This document shows positions 28,569 to 38,233 of a stretch of 64,000 nucleotides of DNA, in pieces. Source of the stretch: Acidimicrobiales bacterium (lineage in GTDB: Bacteria; Actinomycetota; Acidimicrobiia; Acidimicrobiales; JBBSGY01). The notes beneath the pieces were generated by a model, which did no database searches, was not told where the DNA came from, and saw only the letters and a program-made list of their open reading frames with translations. How positions within the stretch are numbered: position 1 is the first letter of the stretch; each line of letters begins with the position of its first letter. The DNA is taken from assembly GCA_044220495.1 (NCBI GenBank), contig JBGAQY010000001.1, positions 126,515-190,514 of the forward strand, given 5' to 3'. Position numbers and translations under genes: made by a program.

Positions 28569-29558
28569 GTGGACGTATCCGCCGAAGTATGGGGCCTGAC
28601 CATTGCTGTCATCGCCGCCCTTGTTTTCTTCGACCTCTTAGTACTGCAACGCAAGCCCCACGAGACCACTCTGCGCGAGGCCGGTTATGCAACCTTGGGA
28701 TGGACCGCCGTCGGTCTCGTCTTCGGTGCAATCGTCTGGTTTCTCGGCGACCACCAGCACGCTGGCGAATACTGGTCGGGTTACTTGCTCGAACGCACGC
28801 TGTCGGTCGACAACGTGTTCGTGTTCGTTTTGATTCTGAGCTACTTCGCGGTGCCCGCAGTACTGCAAGCACGGGCGCTGCTCTGGGGTGTCGTCATTGC
28901 GTTGGTGCTGCGCGCGATTTTCATTCTCGTCGGCGCCACAATGCTCGAACACTTCGAATGGACTGTGTATCTGTTCGGCGCCATCTTGCTCTACAGCGCG
29001 ATCGCCCTCGCCCGCAGCAGTGACGAGGAAGTCGAGCCTGCGCAAAACGCTGGCTTGCGGTTGATGCGACGAGTCATTCCCGTAACGAACCACTTCGAGG
29101 GCAAGAAGTTGATCACAAAGATCGACGGCAAACGCGCCGCGACTCCCCTCTTCGCCGTTCTTGTCGTGTTGGGCACAACCGACTTGGTGTTCGCGGTCGA
29201 CTCGATCCCCGCAATCTTTTCGGTCACACGCGAGACCTACTTGGTCTTCACAGCCAACGCGTTTGCATTGCTCGGTATGCGGCCGCTTGCATTCTTGCTG
29301 GCAGGCATCATCGACCGGTTTGTGTACCTAAAACCCGCACTTGCAGTTGTGCTTGGTCTTGTTGGTCTGAAGATGATTGGCACTGGCTTTCACTTCCACG
29401 TCAACACGTGGTTGTCACTCGGCATCATCGCCCTCGTGCTCGGAGTGGGCGTCGGCGCTTCGCTCCTCAAAACAAGAGGCATGCCGCCGCTCGACGCCGA
29501 CGAACCAACACCGCTCGGCGACACAAAAGACAACGCAGACGAAGGGGCAATCAAGTGA
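28569..29558 (+). CDS. terC: TerC/Alx-family membrane protein
   Basis: YLLERTLSVDNVFVF, ALVLRAIFI, TDLVFAVDSIPA and ANAFALLGMR motifs. Confidence 0.95.
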   Translation: MDVSAEVWGLTIAVIAALVFFDLLVLQRKPHETTLREAGYATLGWTAVGLVFGAIVWFLGDHQHAGEYWSGYLLERTLSVDNVFVFVLILSYFAVPAVLQARALLWGVVIALVLRAIFILVGATMLEHFEWTVYLFGAILLYSAIALARSSDEEVEPAQNAGLRLMRRVIPVTNHFEGKKLITKIDGKRAATPLFAVLVVLGTTDLVFAVDSIPAIFSVTRETYLVFTANAFALLGMRPLAFLLAGIIDRFVYLKPALAVVLGLVGLKMIGTGFHFHVNTWLSLGIIALVLGVGVGASLLKTRGMPPLDADEPTPLGDTKDNADEGAIK

Positions 29559-29689
29559 ACCCCGACCTCGCGCTATCTATCACTGGCGTTGCGCTTTTCG
29601 TGCTCGCCGCATGGTTCTTCACTCGCCCCAACCCTCCGCAAGCGCAAGAGCTCTACGTACGTTCTCAGAAGGAGAAGAAGCAGCAATGA
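29555..29689 (+). CDS. 44-aa single-TM small protein (MNPDLALSITGVALFVLAAWFFTRPNPPQAQELYVRSQKEKKQQ)
   Basis: GTGA overlap with the terC stop and ATGA overlap with the htpX start. One hydrophobic helix. Confidence 0.7.
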   Translation: MNPDLALSITGVALFVLAAWFFTRPNPPQAQELYVRSQKEKKQQ

Positions 29690-30531
29690 GTTACAACAAC
29701 CTGAAAACCGTCATCCTGCTCGGAGCCCTCGGTGGACTACTCGTCACCGTTGGTCGCATGCTTGGCGGATCGGGCGGCATGGTCATTGGTTTCGTGATCG
29801 CGTTCTTGATGGTCGGTGGCTCGTATTGGTTCAGCGACAAGATGGCGATCAAAGCCGCCGGCGCACGTCCGCTCGAAGACGGCGAACTGCCGTGGCTTCG
29901 CCAGACCGTGCAAGAACTGACGACCGCGGCCAACTTGCCGATGCCGAAGCTCTACATCGCGCCGAGCCCGCAGCCCAACGCGTTCGCGACCGGTCGCAAC
30001 CCGAACCACGCCGCCGTTGCCGTCACCGAAGGCATCTTGCAAGTGCTCGAGCCCGACGAACTGCGAGCAGTTCTCGCTCACGAACTCGGACACGTCAAGA
30101 ATCGCGACATCTTGTTGACTTCGGTTGCGGCAATGTTCGGCAGCACCATCTCGATGGTCATGAACTTCTTGCCGTTCAGCATGATGAGCAACAACGACGA
30201 AGACAGCCCCAACCCAATCGTTGCCATCGTCGCGATGATTGCAGCACCCTTTGCAGCAATGATCTTGCAGATGGCTTTGTCACGTTCACGTGAGTTTCAA
30301 GCCGATGCAACCGGTGCCGAACTCATTCACCACGGCGAGCCCTTGGCACGGGCCTTGTTGAAAATCGAGGCATACGCTAAGCAAGTACCGATGAACATTG
30401 ACCCGGCGCAAGCGTCGGCTTACATCATCAACCCACTCGCCGGATTCAACATGCAGAAGATGTTCTCAACACACCCTCCCACTGAAGAACGAGTTGCTCG
30501 CTTGCGCTCTTACGACGGCCAGGCCGTGTGA
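29686..30531 (+). CDS. htpX: Zinc metalloprotease HtpX (M48)
   Basis: PNAFATGRNP, HELGH, SRSREFQADA and FSTHPP motifs. ATG 29686 with AAGGAG upstream. Confidence 0.95.
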   Translation: MSYNNLKTVILLGALGGLLVTVGRMLGGSGGMVIGFVIAFLMVGGSYWFSDKMAIKAAGARPLEDGELPWLRQTVQELTTAANLPMPKLYIAPSPQPNAFATGRNPNHAAVAVTEGILQVLEPDELRAVLAHELGHVKNRDILLTSVAAMFGSTISMVMNFLPFSMMSNNDEDSPNPIVAIVAMIAAPFAAMILQMALSRSREFQADATGAELIHHGEPLARALLKIEAYAKQVPMNIDPAQASAYIINPLAGFNMQKMFSTHPPTEERVARLRSYDGQAV

Positions 30532-30797
30532 GCGACTTCGACAACGAGGTAACTGCCGCCACATCGAGTTCTGATCGCTCGATGTGGCGTCGCTATTGGA
30601 GACGTTTTTGGCGCGTCGGCGTGGGCTCAGTGTTGATTCTTGCCGGCATCGCTATGTGCGTTTTGCCCGGGCCTGGCATCTTGACGATTGTCGCGGGGCT
30701 CGCCGTAATGGCCGACGAAGTGCCGCTCGCAGAGCGCCTCATGAACCGTTTGAAAGACAGAACCAATCAGGTCGTCGACAAGGTTCGCAAAAAGTAA
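30528..30797 (+). CDS. PGPGW-domain small membrane protein
   Basis: GIAMCVLPGPGILTIVAGLAVMADE. GTGA overlap with htpX. Confidence 0.85.
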   Translation: MSDFDNEVTAATSSSDRSMWRRYWRRFWRVGVGSVLILAGIAMCVLPGPGILTIVAGLAVMADEVPLAERLMNRLKDRTNQVVDKVRKK

Positions 30798-30803
30798 CTG
30801 TGG

Positions 30804-31253
30804 TTAGTTGAGGTTCGGATCGTCGAGATCGACGATGTTGGGCAGATCAGTCTGTTCGTGAACGTCAGGCGTGCCGTCAGAGCCAGCCCTTTCAGCCAAG
30901 AGGTACATACCGCGTTCGAGGCCGTCGACAACGCCCGAGGTTGCAAAGAGTCCGGTCATTACCTGCACGGCTTCTTCGCAATCGCGATCGGTAAGACGAT
31001 CAGCGATGTCGGGCGCAGTGAGAACTTCAAGTGTGCGGGCCTGGGGAACCACCATGATCATCACGCCCGGGCGTTCGTGCATGCCCAACTTGTGAAATGC
31101 CATCTCGGCTTGGCGGCGTGGATTGTCATGCGGCGTCGAGCCAACGATCACGCAGAACTCAAGGCCAGTGTCTTTCTCGACACGCTCGACTGCGGTGTTG
31201 ACTCGCACCTTCTCGTCTTCAGTCAGCGCACCCGACTTCTTCTTACCAACCAC
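30804..31253 (-). CDS. TPM-domain / DUF5130-like protein
   Basis: VERVEKDTGLEFCVIVG...GVMIMVVPQARTLEVLT...LTDRDC...VVDGLERG. Confidence 0.75.
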   Translation of the reverse strand: MVGKKKSGALTEDEKVRVNTAVERVEKDTGLEFCVIVGSTPHDNPRRQAEMAFHKLGMHERPGVMIMVVPQARTLEVLTAPDIADRLTDRDCEEAVQVMTGLFATSGVVDGLERGMYLLAERAGSDGTPDVHEQTDLPNIVDLDDPNLN

Positions 31254-31569
31254 CGCTAGCCCCTCCTGGTCCCTTTTTGTCGGCGTTGCCCCAGTCGAGG
31301 TCCCAACCGCAATTCGGGCAACGATCGTCGTAGTAGTTACGCACGTCGCCTGACGCCATCAGTTCGACCTGTTGTGGCTGATAGTTGCGTCCACAGCGCG
31401 TGCACTGAACGACACGACCGCGGCCGACGCGACCGCCCCGACCTCCACCGCCGCCATCAAGACCACCGTTTCGACTCAACAAGAAGAACAAAACAATGGC
31501 TATGACGACAACAACGCTTGTGCCGACAGGCGGGATCTTGTGACCAAAAATCTCTGCAACAGCGAGCAT
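31243..31569 (-). CDS. Small membrane-anchored zinc-ribbon protein
   Basis: TM helix, Gly/Arg linker, CTRC...CPNC. GAGGTG precedes ATG 31569. Confidence 0.7.
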   Translation of the reverse strand: MLAVAEIFGHKIPPVGTSVVVVIAIVLFFLLSRNGGLDGGGGGRGGRVGRGRVVQCTRCGRNYQPQQVELMASGDVRNYYDDRCPNCGWDLDWGNADKKGPGGASGGW

Positions 31570-31599
31570 GTTCACCTCATACCCATTGTCGCAGAGGTG

Positions 31600-31944
31600 T
31601 TAGCAAGAGTGAACAGTCTGAAGCTCGTTAGCGGGAGCTGCGGCTTCTTCTTCGGCTTCTTCAGCGTCGAGACCGAGGGCGTTGACTTCGGTAACACCGG
31701 GCACACGCTCCATGAGGATGCGCTCAACGCCGGCTTTGAGAGTCATGGTCGAGGCAGGACAGCCAACGCATGCTCCCGACAGCTCGACAACCACGACACC
31801 GGTGGCATCGTCGCAACTCACGAGGCGGATGTCTCCACCATCCATTTGGATAACGGGACGAATGGCTTCGACGGCCTCGCTCACGGCCTCGTGCATTGAT
31901 TCGGTTTGCTGCATCTCTTGGGTGTCACTCATTTGCACGTCCAA
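31600..31944 (-). CDS. NifU/Nfu-type Fe-S carrier protein
   Basis: IRPVIQMDGGDI...LSGACVGCPASTMTLKAGVE. Confidence 0.93.
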   Translation of the reverse strand: MDVQMSDTQEMQQTESMHEAVSEAVEAIRPVIQMDGGDIRLVSCDDATGVVVVELSGACVGCPASTMTLKAGVERILMERVPGVTEVNALGLDAEEAEEEAAAPANELQTVHSC

Positions 31945-32122
31945 TAGTCGTTCATCTTCAGACCTGGGTAAATAGGGAGTCTTACACGCCTAAACGCAAT
32001 AACGGCCACGAAACTTCCGCAATTAGACCGAAGGCCGCCGGAGCAGCTCGAAAAATTCGATAAATCCCCAGGCCGATGGCGTTTCAACCTAGGATTATCT
32101 TGCTCTTACCCGGAGGTCCTTA

Positions 32123-32674
32123 ATGGAAATCATTCTCATTGTCGTCTTAGTCGCCCTGGTCGCCTTCGTGGTGCTCATGTACAACCGACTGATTGGCCTC
32201 CGCAACCGCGTCGACAGCGGCTGGTCGCAGATCGACGTGCAACTCCAGCGCCGCTACGACCTGATCCCCAACCTTGTTGAGACAGTCAAGGGATACGCAG
32301 CCCACGAGGCTGGCACTCTGCAAGCAGTCACCGAAGCCCGCGCCGGAGCCATCAACGCTGGCTCGGTTGGCGAAAAGGCCCAGGCCGAAAACATCTTGAC
32401 CGGCGCATTGAAGTCACTGTTCGCTGTGTCTGAGGCCTACCCCGACCTCAAAGCCAACCAAAACTTCCTCCAGCTCCAAGAAGAACTCACGGCAACCGAA
32501 GGCCGCATCGCCTACGCACGACAGTTCTATAACGAGACCGTGCTGACGTTTAACACGGCCATCCAGTCGATCCCCGGCAACTTTTTCGCCGGCCCGATGA
32601 AGCTCACACCACGCGAGTTCTTCGAAACCGAAGGCGGCCCAGAAACTCGCAACCCGGTGAAGGTTCAGTTCTAA
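32123..32674 (+). CDS. lemA: LemA family protein
   Basis: [26 protein letters not shown] and [12 protein letters not shown] motifs. GGAGG RBS. Confidence 0.96.
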   Translation: MEIILIVVLVALVAFVVLMYNRLIGLRNRVDSGWSQIDVQLQRRYDLIPNLVETVKGYAAHEAGTLQAVTEARAGAINAGSVGEKAQAENILTGALKSLFAVSEAYPDLKANQNFLQLQEELTATEGRIAYARQFYNETVLTFNTAIQSIPGNFFAGPMKLTPREFFETEGGPETRNPVKVQF

Positions 32675-32701
32675 TACTGAACATTTGGCGCTGAGCTTTA
32701 C

Positions 32702-33604
32702 GTGTACGAAGAGATAGCGAGCAACAAGCGCAAGTCAGTTCTGCTCATCGCGATCTTCATGTTGATCGTGTTTGGTGTCGGCTTTGCGTTCAGCTACATC
32801 CTCGAATGGGGCCCCTACGGCATCGTCTTTGCCGTCATCTTTACGTTGGGCTCGACGATGGTTTCGTACTGGAAGTCAGACTCGGTGGCTCTCGCGATGA
32901 GTCACGCAAAGCCCGCCGATCCGCAGGTTTACGACCGCTTGCACAACGTCGTCGAAGGCCTTTCGATCGCGTCGGGTTTGCCGAAGCCGCGCGTTTACGT
33001 CGTCGAAGATCGCGCGCCCAATGCATTCGCTACTGGCCGCAATCCTGAACATGCCGCGATTGCCGTAACGACCGGGCTTCTCGAAATCATGAACCGCGCC
33101 GAACTCGAAGGTGTGCTTGCGCACGAAATGAGTCACATAAAGGACTACGACATCTTGGTGTCGACGCTCGCCGTCACGATGGTCGGCGTTGTTGCGCTGT
33201 TGGCCGACTGGGGCGTGCGTTCGCTTTGGTGGGGCGGCGGACGTGATCGCGATCGTGGCGGTGGCGGGCCTGCTGCTGTTATTGCCATCGTGGCCGTCGT
33301 GTTGCTGATCGTCTCGCCGATCATCGCCCAGTTGATGCAAGCCGCAGTCAGTCGGCGACGTGAATCACTGGCCGACGTGCAAGCCGTCTATTTGACGAGA
33401 TATCCCGACGGATTGATCTCTGCTCTCGAAAAACTGAAGGCCGACACCACTGTCGTAAACACTGCGTCACGAGCCACAGCTCACCTTTGGATCGAGTCGC
33501 CCCTCGCCCGCAAGAAGGACGAAGGCAGCTTCTTCAGGCTCAACAATTTGTTCGACACCCACCCGCCACTCGAAGAGCGGATCGAGGTCTTAAAGGCCCT
33601 CTGA
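32702..33604 (+). CDS. htpX: LemA-associated HtpX-type M48 metalloprotease
   Basis: PNAFATGRNP, HEMSH, SRRRESLAD and FDTHPP motifs. Confidence 0.92.
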   Translation: MYEEIASNKRKSVLLIAIFMLIVFGVGFAFSYILEWGPYGIVFAVIFTLGSTMVSYWKSDSVALAMSHAKPADPQVYDRLHNVVEGLSIASGLPKPRVYVVEDRAPNAFATGRNPEHAAIAVTTGLLEIMNRAELEGVLAHEMSHIKDYDILVSTLAVTMVGVVALLADWGVRSLWWGGGRDRDRGGGGPAAVIAIVAVVLLIVSPIIAQLMQAAVSRRRESLADVQAVYLTRYPDGLISALEKLKADTTVVNTASRATAHLWIESPLARKKDEGSFFRLNNLFDTHPPLEERIEVLKAL

Positions 33605-33802
33605 CCAGGACGTAAGTAGCCTGGCAAGAAATCTCACTTTTAGGGGTTGACGTAACCACTCTCAGTGGTACAACACAGTTACGACGTTGTCTTCAACGTT
33701 GCTCAGGGGAAACTAACAGGGGGATGAGCAGGGGACCTCGTGGCCGACTAGGGCTGCAGCGGGGTCCCTGCTCACGCGCTTGGGCCCAGTTTCACTAACT
33801 AT

Positions 33803-35551
33803 TTGCTCAAGCGGCTACGTCGCAACGTCGATGCTCGCGTCGTGAGACTGACATGGAAGACACTCCGCTTTATGAGCGCAGTCATCTTCGCGTCGTCTCT
33901 ACTTTTGGTCGCATCACCCGCTCGGCCAGCACACGCTCTAAGCGGCGCAGCATCCATCGCCACCAGCAGCGACACATCGTGTTTGGTTGACACGTCTGGA
34001 GCGGCCTACTGCTGGGGGCGCAACAACATTGGCCAACGCGGCGACGGCGGTGCGGGCGCTGGCAGCGTAGTTCCCGGTGTCGTTGCTGGCGGCCTGATAT
34101 TCACGCGTATCTCTGTCGGCATTTATGTGACGTGCGGGATTGTTGCGAACGGGGACGCTTACTGCTGGGGCTCCAACGACTCGGGCCAGCTGGGTGGCAG
34201 TCCAAATAGTTACGAAGATCACCCGACGCTTGTGGCTGGTGGTCACACATTCAGCGCAATCTCCGCCGGGCTTCACTACGTTTGCGCGCTCGAATTAAGC
34301 GGCACGATCTACTGCTGGGGTAGCAACAGCGATGGACAACTCGGCGACGGAACTACTTCCGATCGGAGCGTGCCAACTCCAATTGCTGGCGGTGGTACTT
34401 ACGTCAACGTGTCAGCTGCGCAGCATCACTCCTGCGCCGTGAGGTCGTCCGGCGCCGCTTACTGCTGGGGCTTGAACGCAAGTGGTCAAGTAGGCGACGG
34501 AACAACGACCAATCGCTTGTCACCAACTTCGGTAACGGGGGGCCTCAACTTTTCTGCGATCGATGCCGGTCTCGATCACAGTTGCGCAATCCGCACCAAC
34601 AGCGCCGCTTACTGCTGGGGAAATAACAGTCTTGGCCAGTTGGGCAACGGCACAACTTCCGCTTCCACGAGCCCGGTGGCAGTGTCAGGTGGCCTCACAA
34701 TCGCGTCAGTGTCAGTGGGTCAGCAGATGTCTTGCGCTGTCACCACTGCTGGCTCGGGCTACTGCTGGGGCGCAAACTCTTACGGCCAACTCGGCACCGG
34801 TAACAACACCGACTACACCAGCCCCACGGCGGTTACGGGAGGGCTCGCGTGGGTTGAAATATCGGTGTCAATCACCGACGGGTCACAAGCGACGTGCGGA
34901 GTCTCTAGCGGAGGCGGCGCTTTCTGCTGGGGCTCGGGCGCCGAAGGGAACATCGGGAACGGATTCACCGCTGATCGGAACTCGCCAACCGTCGTCCATC
35001 TCATCGTGGTGAGTCGTTCGGCAACTGTGGCTGGCATAGTTGATCCGTCGCTCACTTTTACGGTCGCCGGTCGCGCATCTGCTTGCAACGGACAATCAGC
35101 CGCAGGTTTTCAGACCGGTTCGTCGTCAACATCAGTTGCCCTTGGCCATCTGAATCCGACCGTCGTAGGCGGCGGCGCGCAAGACCTCACTCTGGCCACC
35201 AACGCTGCCAATGGGTTCGCTGTTTACATTCGCACCTCAGGCACAACACCAAACGTGTTTAGAACGTCTGGTGGTTCGACAGTCGCTGACGTGACTGGAA
35301 GTCACGCGTCCCCAAGCGCATCACTGGCAGCCGGGGCGGCCGGCTTTGGCTACACAACGTCTGACCCAAGCATCGCTTTCGGTTCAAACAAATGGGCCGC
35401 TCTGACGTCGACCGATGAAACCGTGATGAGTGCTTCAGCCGGCACGACATCAAAGGCCGTATGCACCGGCTTCCAAGCTACCGTGTCAGCGACGACGGCT
35501 GCGGGCAGCTACAGCGCACCCGTGATTTACACTGCCGTTCCTCTATTCTGA
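33803..35551 (+). CDS. Secreted RCC1/BLIP-II repeat beta-propeller protein with C-terminal WxL-like beta domain
   Basis: Seven (AY)CWGxNxxGQLG-type repeats, signal peptide ending PAHA, and a C-terminal domain from VDPSLTFTV to AGSYSAPVIYTAVPLF. Start codon uncertain (33803, 33842 or 33872). Confidence 0.88.
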   Translation: MLKRLRRNVDARVVRLTWKTLRFMSAVIFASSLLLVASPARPAHALSGAASIATSSDTSCLVDTSGAAYCWGRNNIGQRGDGGAGAGSVVPGVVAGGLIFTRISVGIYVTCGIVANGDAYCWGSNDSGQLGGSPNSYEDHPTLVAGGHTFSAISAGLHYVCALELSGTIYCWGSNSDGQLGDGTTSDRSVPTPIAGGGTYVNVSAAQHHSCAVRSSGAAYCWGLNASGQVGDGTTTNRLSPTSVTGGLNFSAIDAGLDHSCAIRTNSAAYCWGNNSLGQLGNGTTSASTSPVAVSGGLTIASVSVGQQMSCAVTTAGSGYCWGANSYGQLGTGNNTDYTSPTAVTGGLAWVEISVSITDGSQATCGVSSGGGAFCWGSGAEGNIGNGFTADRNSPTVVHLIVVSRSATVAGIVDPSLTFTVAGRASACNGQSAAGFQTGSSSTSVALGHLNPTVVGGGAQDLTLATNAANGFAVYIRTSGTTPNVFRTSGGSTVADVTGSHASPSASLAAGAAGFGYTTSDPSIAFGSNKWAALTSTDETVMSASAGTTSKAVCTGFQATVSATTAAGSYSAPVIYTAVPLF

Positions 35552-35571
35552 GACTGCCCTCTCGGGTCGCT

Positions 35572-36264
35572 CTAGACGAGAGCGTGAAGTATGCCGTGAA
35601 GCTCTTTCAACTGCGGCTCGATGTCGGCCTCTCGGTCAACCTCGAGTGCCGCTGCTGCGTTACGGGCGAGACTTTGAATGTCAGCCCAGGATTCGTCTTC
35701 AACGCCAAAGGGCGTTGGCGTAACGAGTAACGCTCCGGTGTCGTCGAGAAACGCGTTGACATCTTCGTCTTCCCAGCGCTTCATCAAACGATCGGTCGTA
35801 AGGAAGAGTCGAGACATGACCTCGTAGCTCTCTCCCCCATCGTCTTCGCCGGCGTCATCGTCAACATCCTCGGCATCGTCATCAGACAGATCGATACCGC
35901 CGATTTCAAAAGGCTTATCGCCCGCGATGACATCGCCGGCGTCATCATCTTCGTCGCCAACTTCGACGAGCTCGTCGCCGAGCACGTCGTCAAGCAACTT
36001 GTCGACGGCCTCTTCGTCGGATTTGGCAACGACCAAATCAGAAACGTCATCCCACCGGTGGCGAATGCCCTCGGCCATGAGCGCCTCAACAACAGCAACT
36101 CGTTCAGCGGGCTCGGTTTCGAGTTCGTACACCGTCTCGTCGCCGACCTCGCCGTCGTCAAGCCAGTTGAGCGGCGACACAATGATCGCTGAGCCGCACG
36201 AGGGGCATGTGCTGAGCACACGGGTGTCTTCGAGGCCGCATCCGCGACACCACCAAACTGTCAT
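35572..36264 (-). CDS. Very acidic hypothetical protein with N-terminal zinc ribbon
   Basis: CRGC...CPSC followed by an Asp/Glu-rich body. GAGGA RBS before the ATG. Confidence 0.75.
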   Translation of the reverse strand: MTVWWCRGCGLEDTRVLSTCPSCGSAIIVSPLNWLDDGEVGDETVYELETEPAERVAVVEALMAEGIRHRWDDVSDLVVAKSDEEAVDKLLDDVLGDELVEVGDEDDDAGDVIAGDKPFEIGGIDLSDDDAEDVDDDAGEDDGGESYEVMSRLFLTTDRLMKRWEDEDVNAFLDDTGALLVTPTPFGVEDESWADIQSLARNAAAALEVDREADIEPQLKELHGILHALV

Positions 36265-36330
36265 GAGTCGTTTGTCCTCTCGTCTTGCCCGTCACTCAGG
36301 CTCGGAACGCGACCCCACCCTAGTTGGCTG

Positions 36331-38184
36331 TTATCTCGACCAGACGTGGTGCTGCAGGAACGCCTCGACTCTCATCAATTCATCAATGATCGTCGATGAC
36401 CTGCGCCACCCATGGCCTTCGCCTTCATACACGTGGTAATCAACAATGCCGCCGCCGCGCAGCACCTCGTTGACAAGAACAGCTGAATGCTCGACTGGCA
36501 CAACAATGTCGCCGTCACCGTGCAGCACCAACAGCGGGCCCGTTATCGAGGCCGCTTTTGTCACCGGCGAACGATCTCGGTAGCGATCGATGGCACTCGG
36601 CAGCTGGCCAACAAGCGAGTCGAGGTAGTGCGCCTCGAAGCGCCATGTAGTCGAACCGAAGTCAGCAAGGTTAGACACTGGGCACTCGGCAACACCAGCT
36701 GCACATAAGTCAGGGTGGTCGGCCAACAACAAGAGCGTTGTAAAACCTCCAGCCGATGAACCAAACGGAACGACGCGGCGCGCATCGGCCCAACCGTTGT
36801 CGATCGCGGCGCGAATTCCGTAGACAACATCAATGACGTCGACCTCGCCCCACCGGCCGTCGAGGGCTTGCAAGAACTCACGACCCCATCCGCTGCTCCC
36901 GCGGTAGTCGGGTACGAGGATCGACCAGCCGCGCTGCACGAAGTAGCCAAAGCGCGCGAACAACGTGGCTGCTGATTGACCTGTCGGACCGCCGTGTATC
37001 CATACCAACATCGGCGGCGGCGATTCTGTCGGGCTATCAGCGCGATATAGACGGCCGTGAATAATCGTGCCGTCTTTGCTTTCCCATTCGACTAGCTCAG
37101 GTTCGCGCCCAGCCCGCTCGAGGCCAACCACTGGGCCACGCGCCAAAACGCGACTACGACCTTGATCAACCCTGCGATACGCAATGTGCGACGCAACGGT
37201 GGGTGAGGTAGCCACCCCGACAATGGCGTCACGAACGGAGGAGAGGCCCGTGTAAGAGGCGTTTTCGAGTTCGCGCACGACGCGCCCATCGTCGACATTT
37301 ACCTGTCGCAACTGACCCCAGCCGGCAACGTTGACGGCATAGGCAATATGCATCCCGTCACCCAGCCAGCAGTAACTACGTTGCCCAGGCCCCCAACTAG
37401 GCCCCGCCGCTTCGTGTTGTTCGTCAACGACAACACGTGCGTTTGCAAAACTCGGCGCGTCAACGCACCACAGGTTCGACCATCCGGTCGCGTCAGAGAT
37501 GAACGCCAAACGCGCACCATCGGGAGAGAAACGCGGCTGCTGCACGCCGACATCGTTTGCGCCACCAGCAACCACGATGATCGGCTCTGACGCGTCAGCG
37601 CGCCGAACAGCAATACGACTTGCTTGCCACGGCATGTGGGGGTCATCCCACTCGTGCCACGTCAACCACTTTCCATCGGGCGACCACGACGGGTCGAGCA
37701 CAAAGTCAGCACCCGACGACACGCGCACCGATTGCGTGCGCCCCGGCTCGGTCGACACAACAAACAGATCTTGAACGTCGACTACATAACTAACGAAGTC
37801 GCCGCCGGGAGAAACTTCGATGGTTGAGATCGACGTGAGCTCTTCGGTTAGCGCACGCGTCGAATAGTTGTTGAGGTCGAGTAGATGAATCCGCGAGTCA
37901 TCGCCGACGTAAACAATCCCCTCGCCGGTCGGCAACCAAGAGATAATTCCGCCGCCCGACGCCGACACACTGCGCACTCGAGGAACGCACGGCAACCACT
38001 GTTCGCATTCGCTGGCGCCGCCGTCATCGGACGACTGACCTTCGAGACTTACAAGGGCAATGTCGGCCTTGCCGTCGACGCCACTTACGAACGCCACCCG
38101 AGTGCCGTCAGGCGATATGCGGGGGTCGGCAACACTGCGTCCACCTGCCCATACAGCGGCAGCAAGGGGCGGGCTCTCGTTCAT
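36331..38184 (-). CDS. S9 prolyl-oligopeptidase family peptidase with PD40/TolB-like propeller
   Basis: SPDG repeats, IHGGP, DYRGSSGWG, nucleophile GSSAGG, HGDGDIVVP and EGHG. Leaderless ATG 38184. Confidence 0.92.
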   Translation of the reverse strand: MNESPPLAAAVWAGGRSVADPRISPDGTRVAFVSGVDGKADIALVSLEGQSSDDGGASECEQWLPCVPRVRSVSASGGGIISWLPTGEGIVYVGDDSRIHLLDLNNYSTRALTEELTSISTIEVSPGGDFVSYVVDVQDLFVVSTEPGRTQSVRVSSGADFVLDPSWSPDGKWLTWHEWDDPHMPWQASRIAVRRADASEPIIVVAGGANDVGVQQPRFSPDGARLAFISDATGWSNLWCVDAPSFANARVVVDEQHEAAGPSWGPGQRSYCWLGDGMHIAYAVNVAGWGQLRQVNVDDGRVVRELENASYTGLSSVRDAIVGVATSPTVASHIAYRRVDQGRSRVLARGPVVGLERAGREPELVEWESKDGTIIHGRLYRADSPTESPPPMLVWIHGGPTGQSAATLFARFGYFVQRGWSILVPDYRGSSGWGREFLQALDGRWGEVDVIDVVYGIRAAIDNGWADARRVVPFGSSAGGFTTLLLLADHPDLCAAGVAECPVSNLADFGSTTWRFEAHYLDSLVGQLPSAIDRYRDRSPVTKAASITGPLLVLHGDGDIVVPVEHSAVLVNEVLRGGGIVDYHVYEGEGHGWRRSSTIIDELMRVEAFLQHHVWSR

Positions 38185-38233
38185 CGCCAAGAACCTAGTG
38201 CTCGCTCCGGTCGACAGCAGTAGGTTCTCTGCC

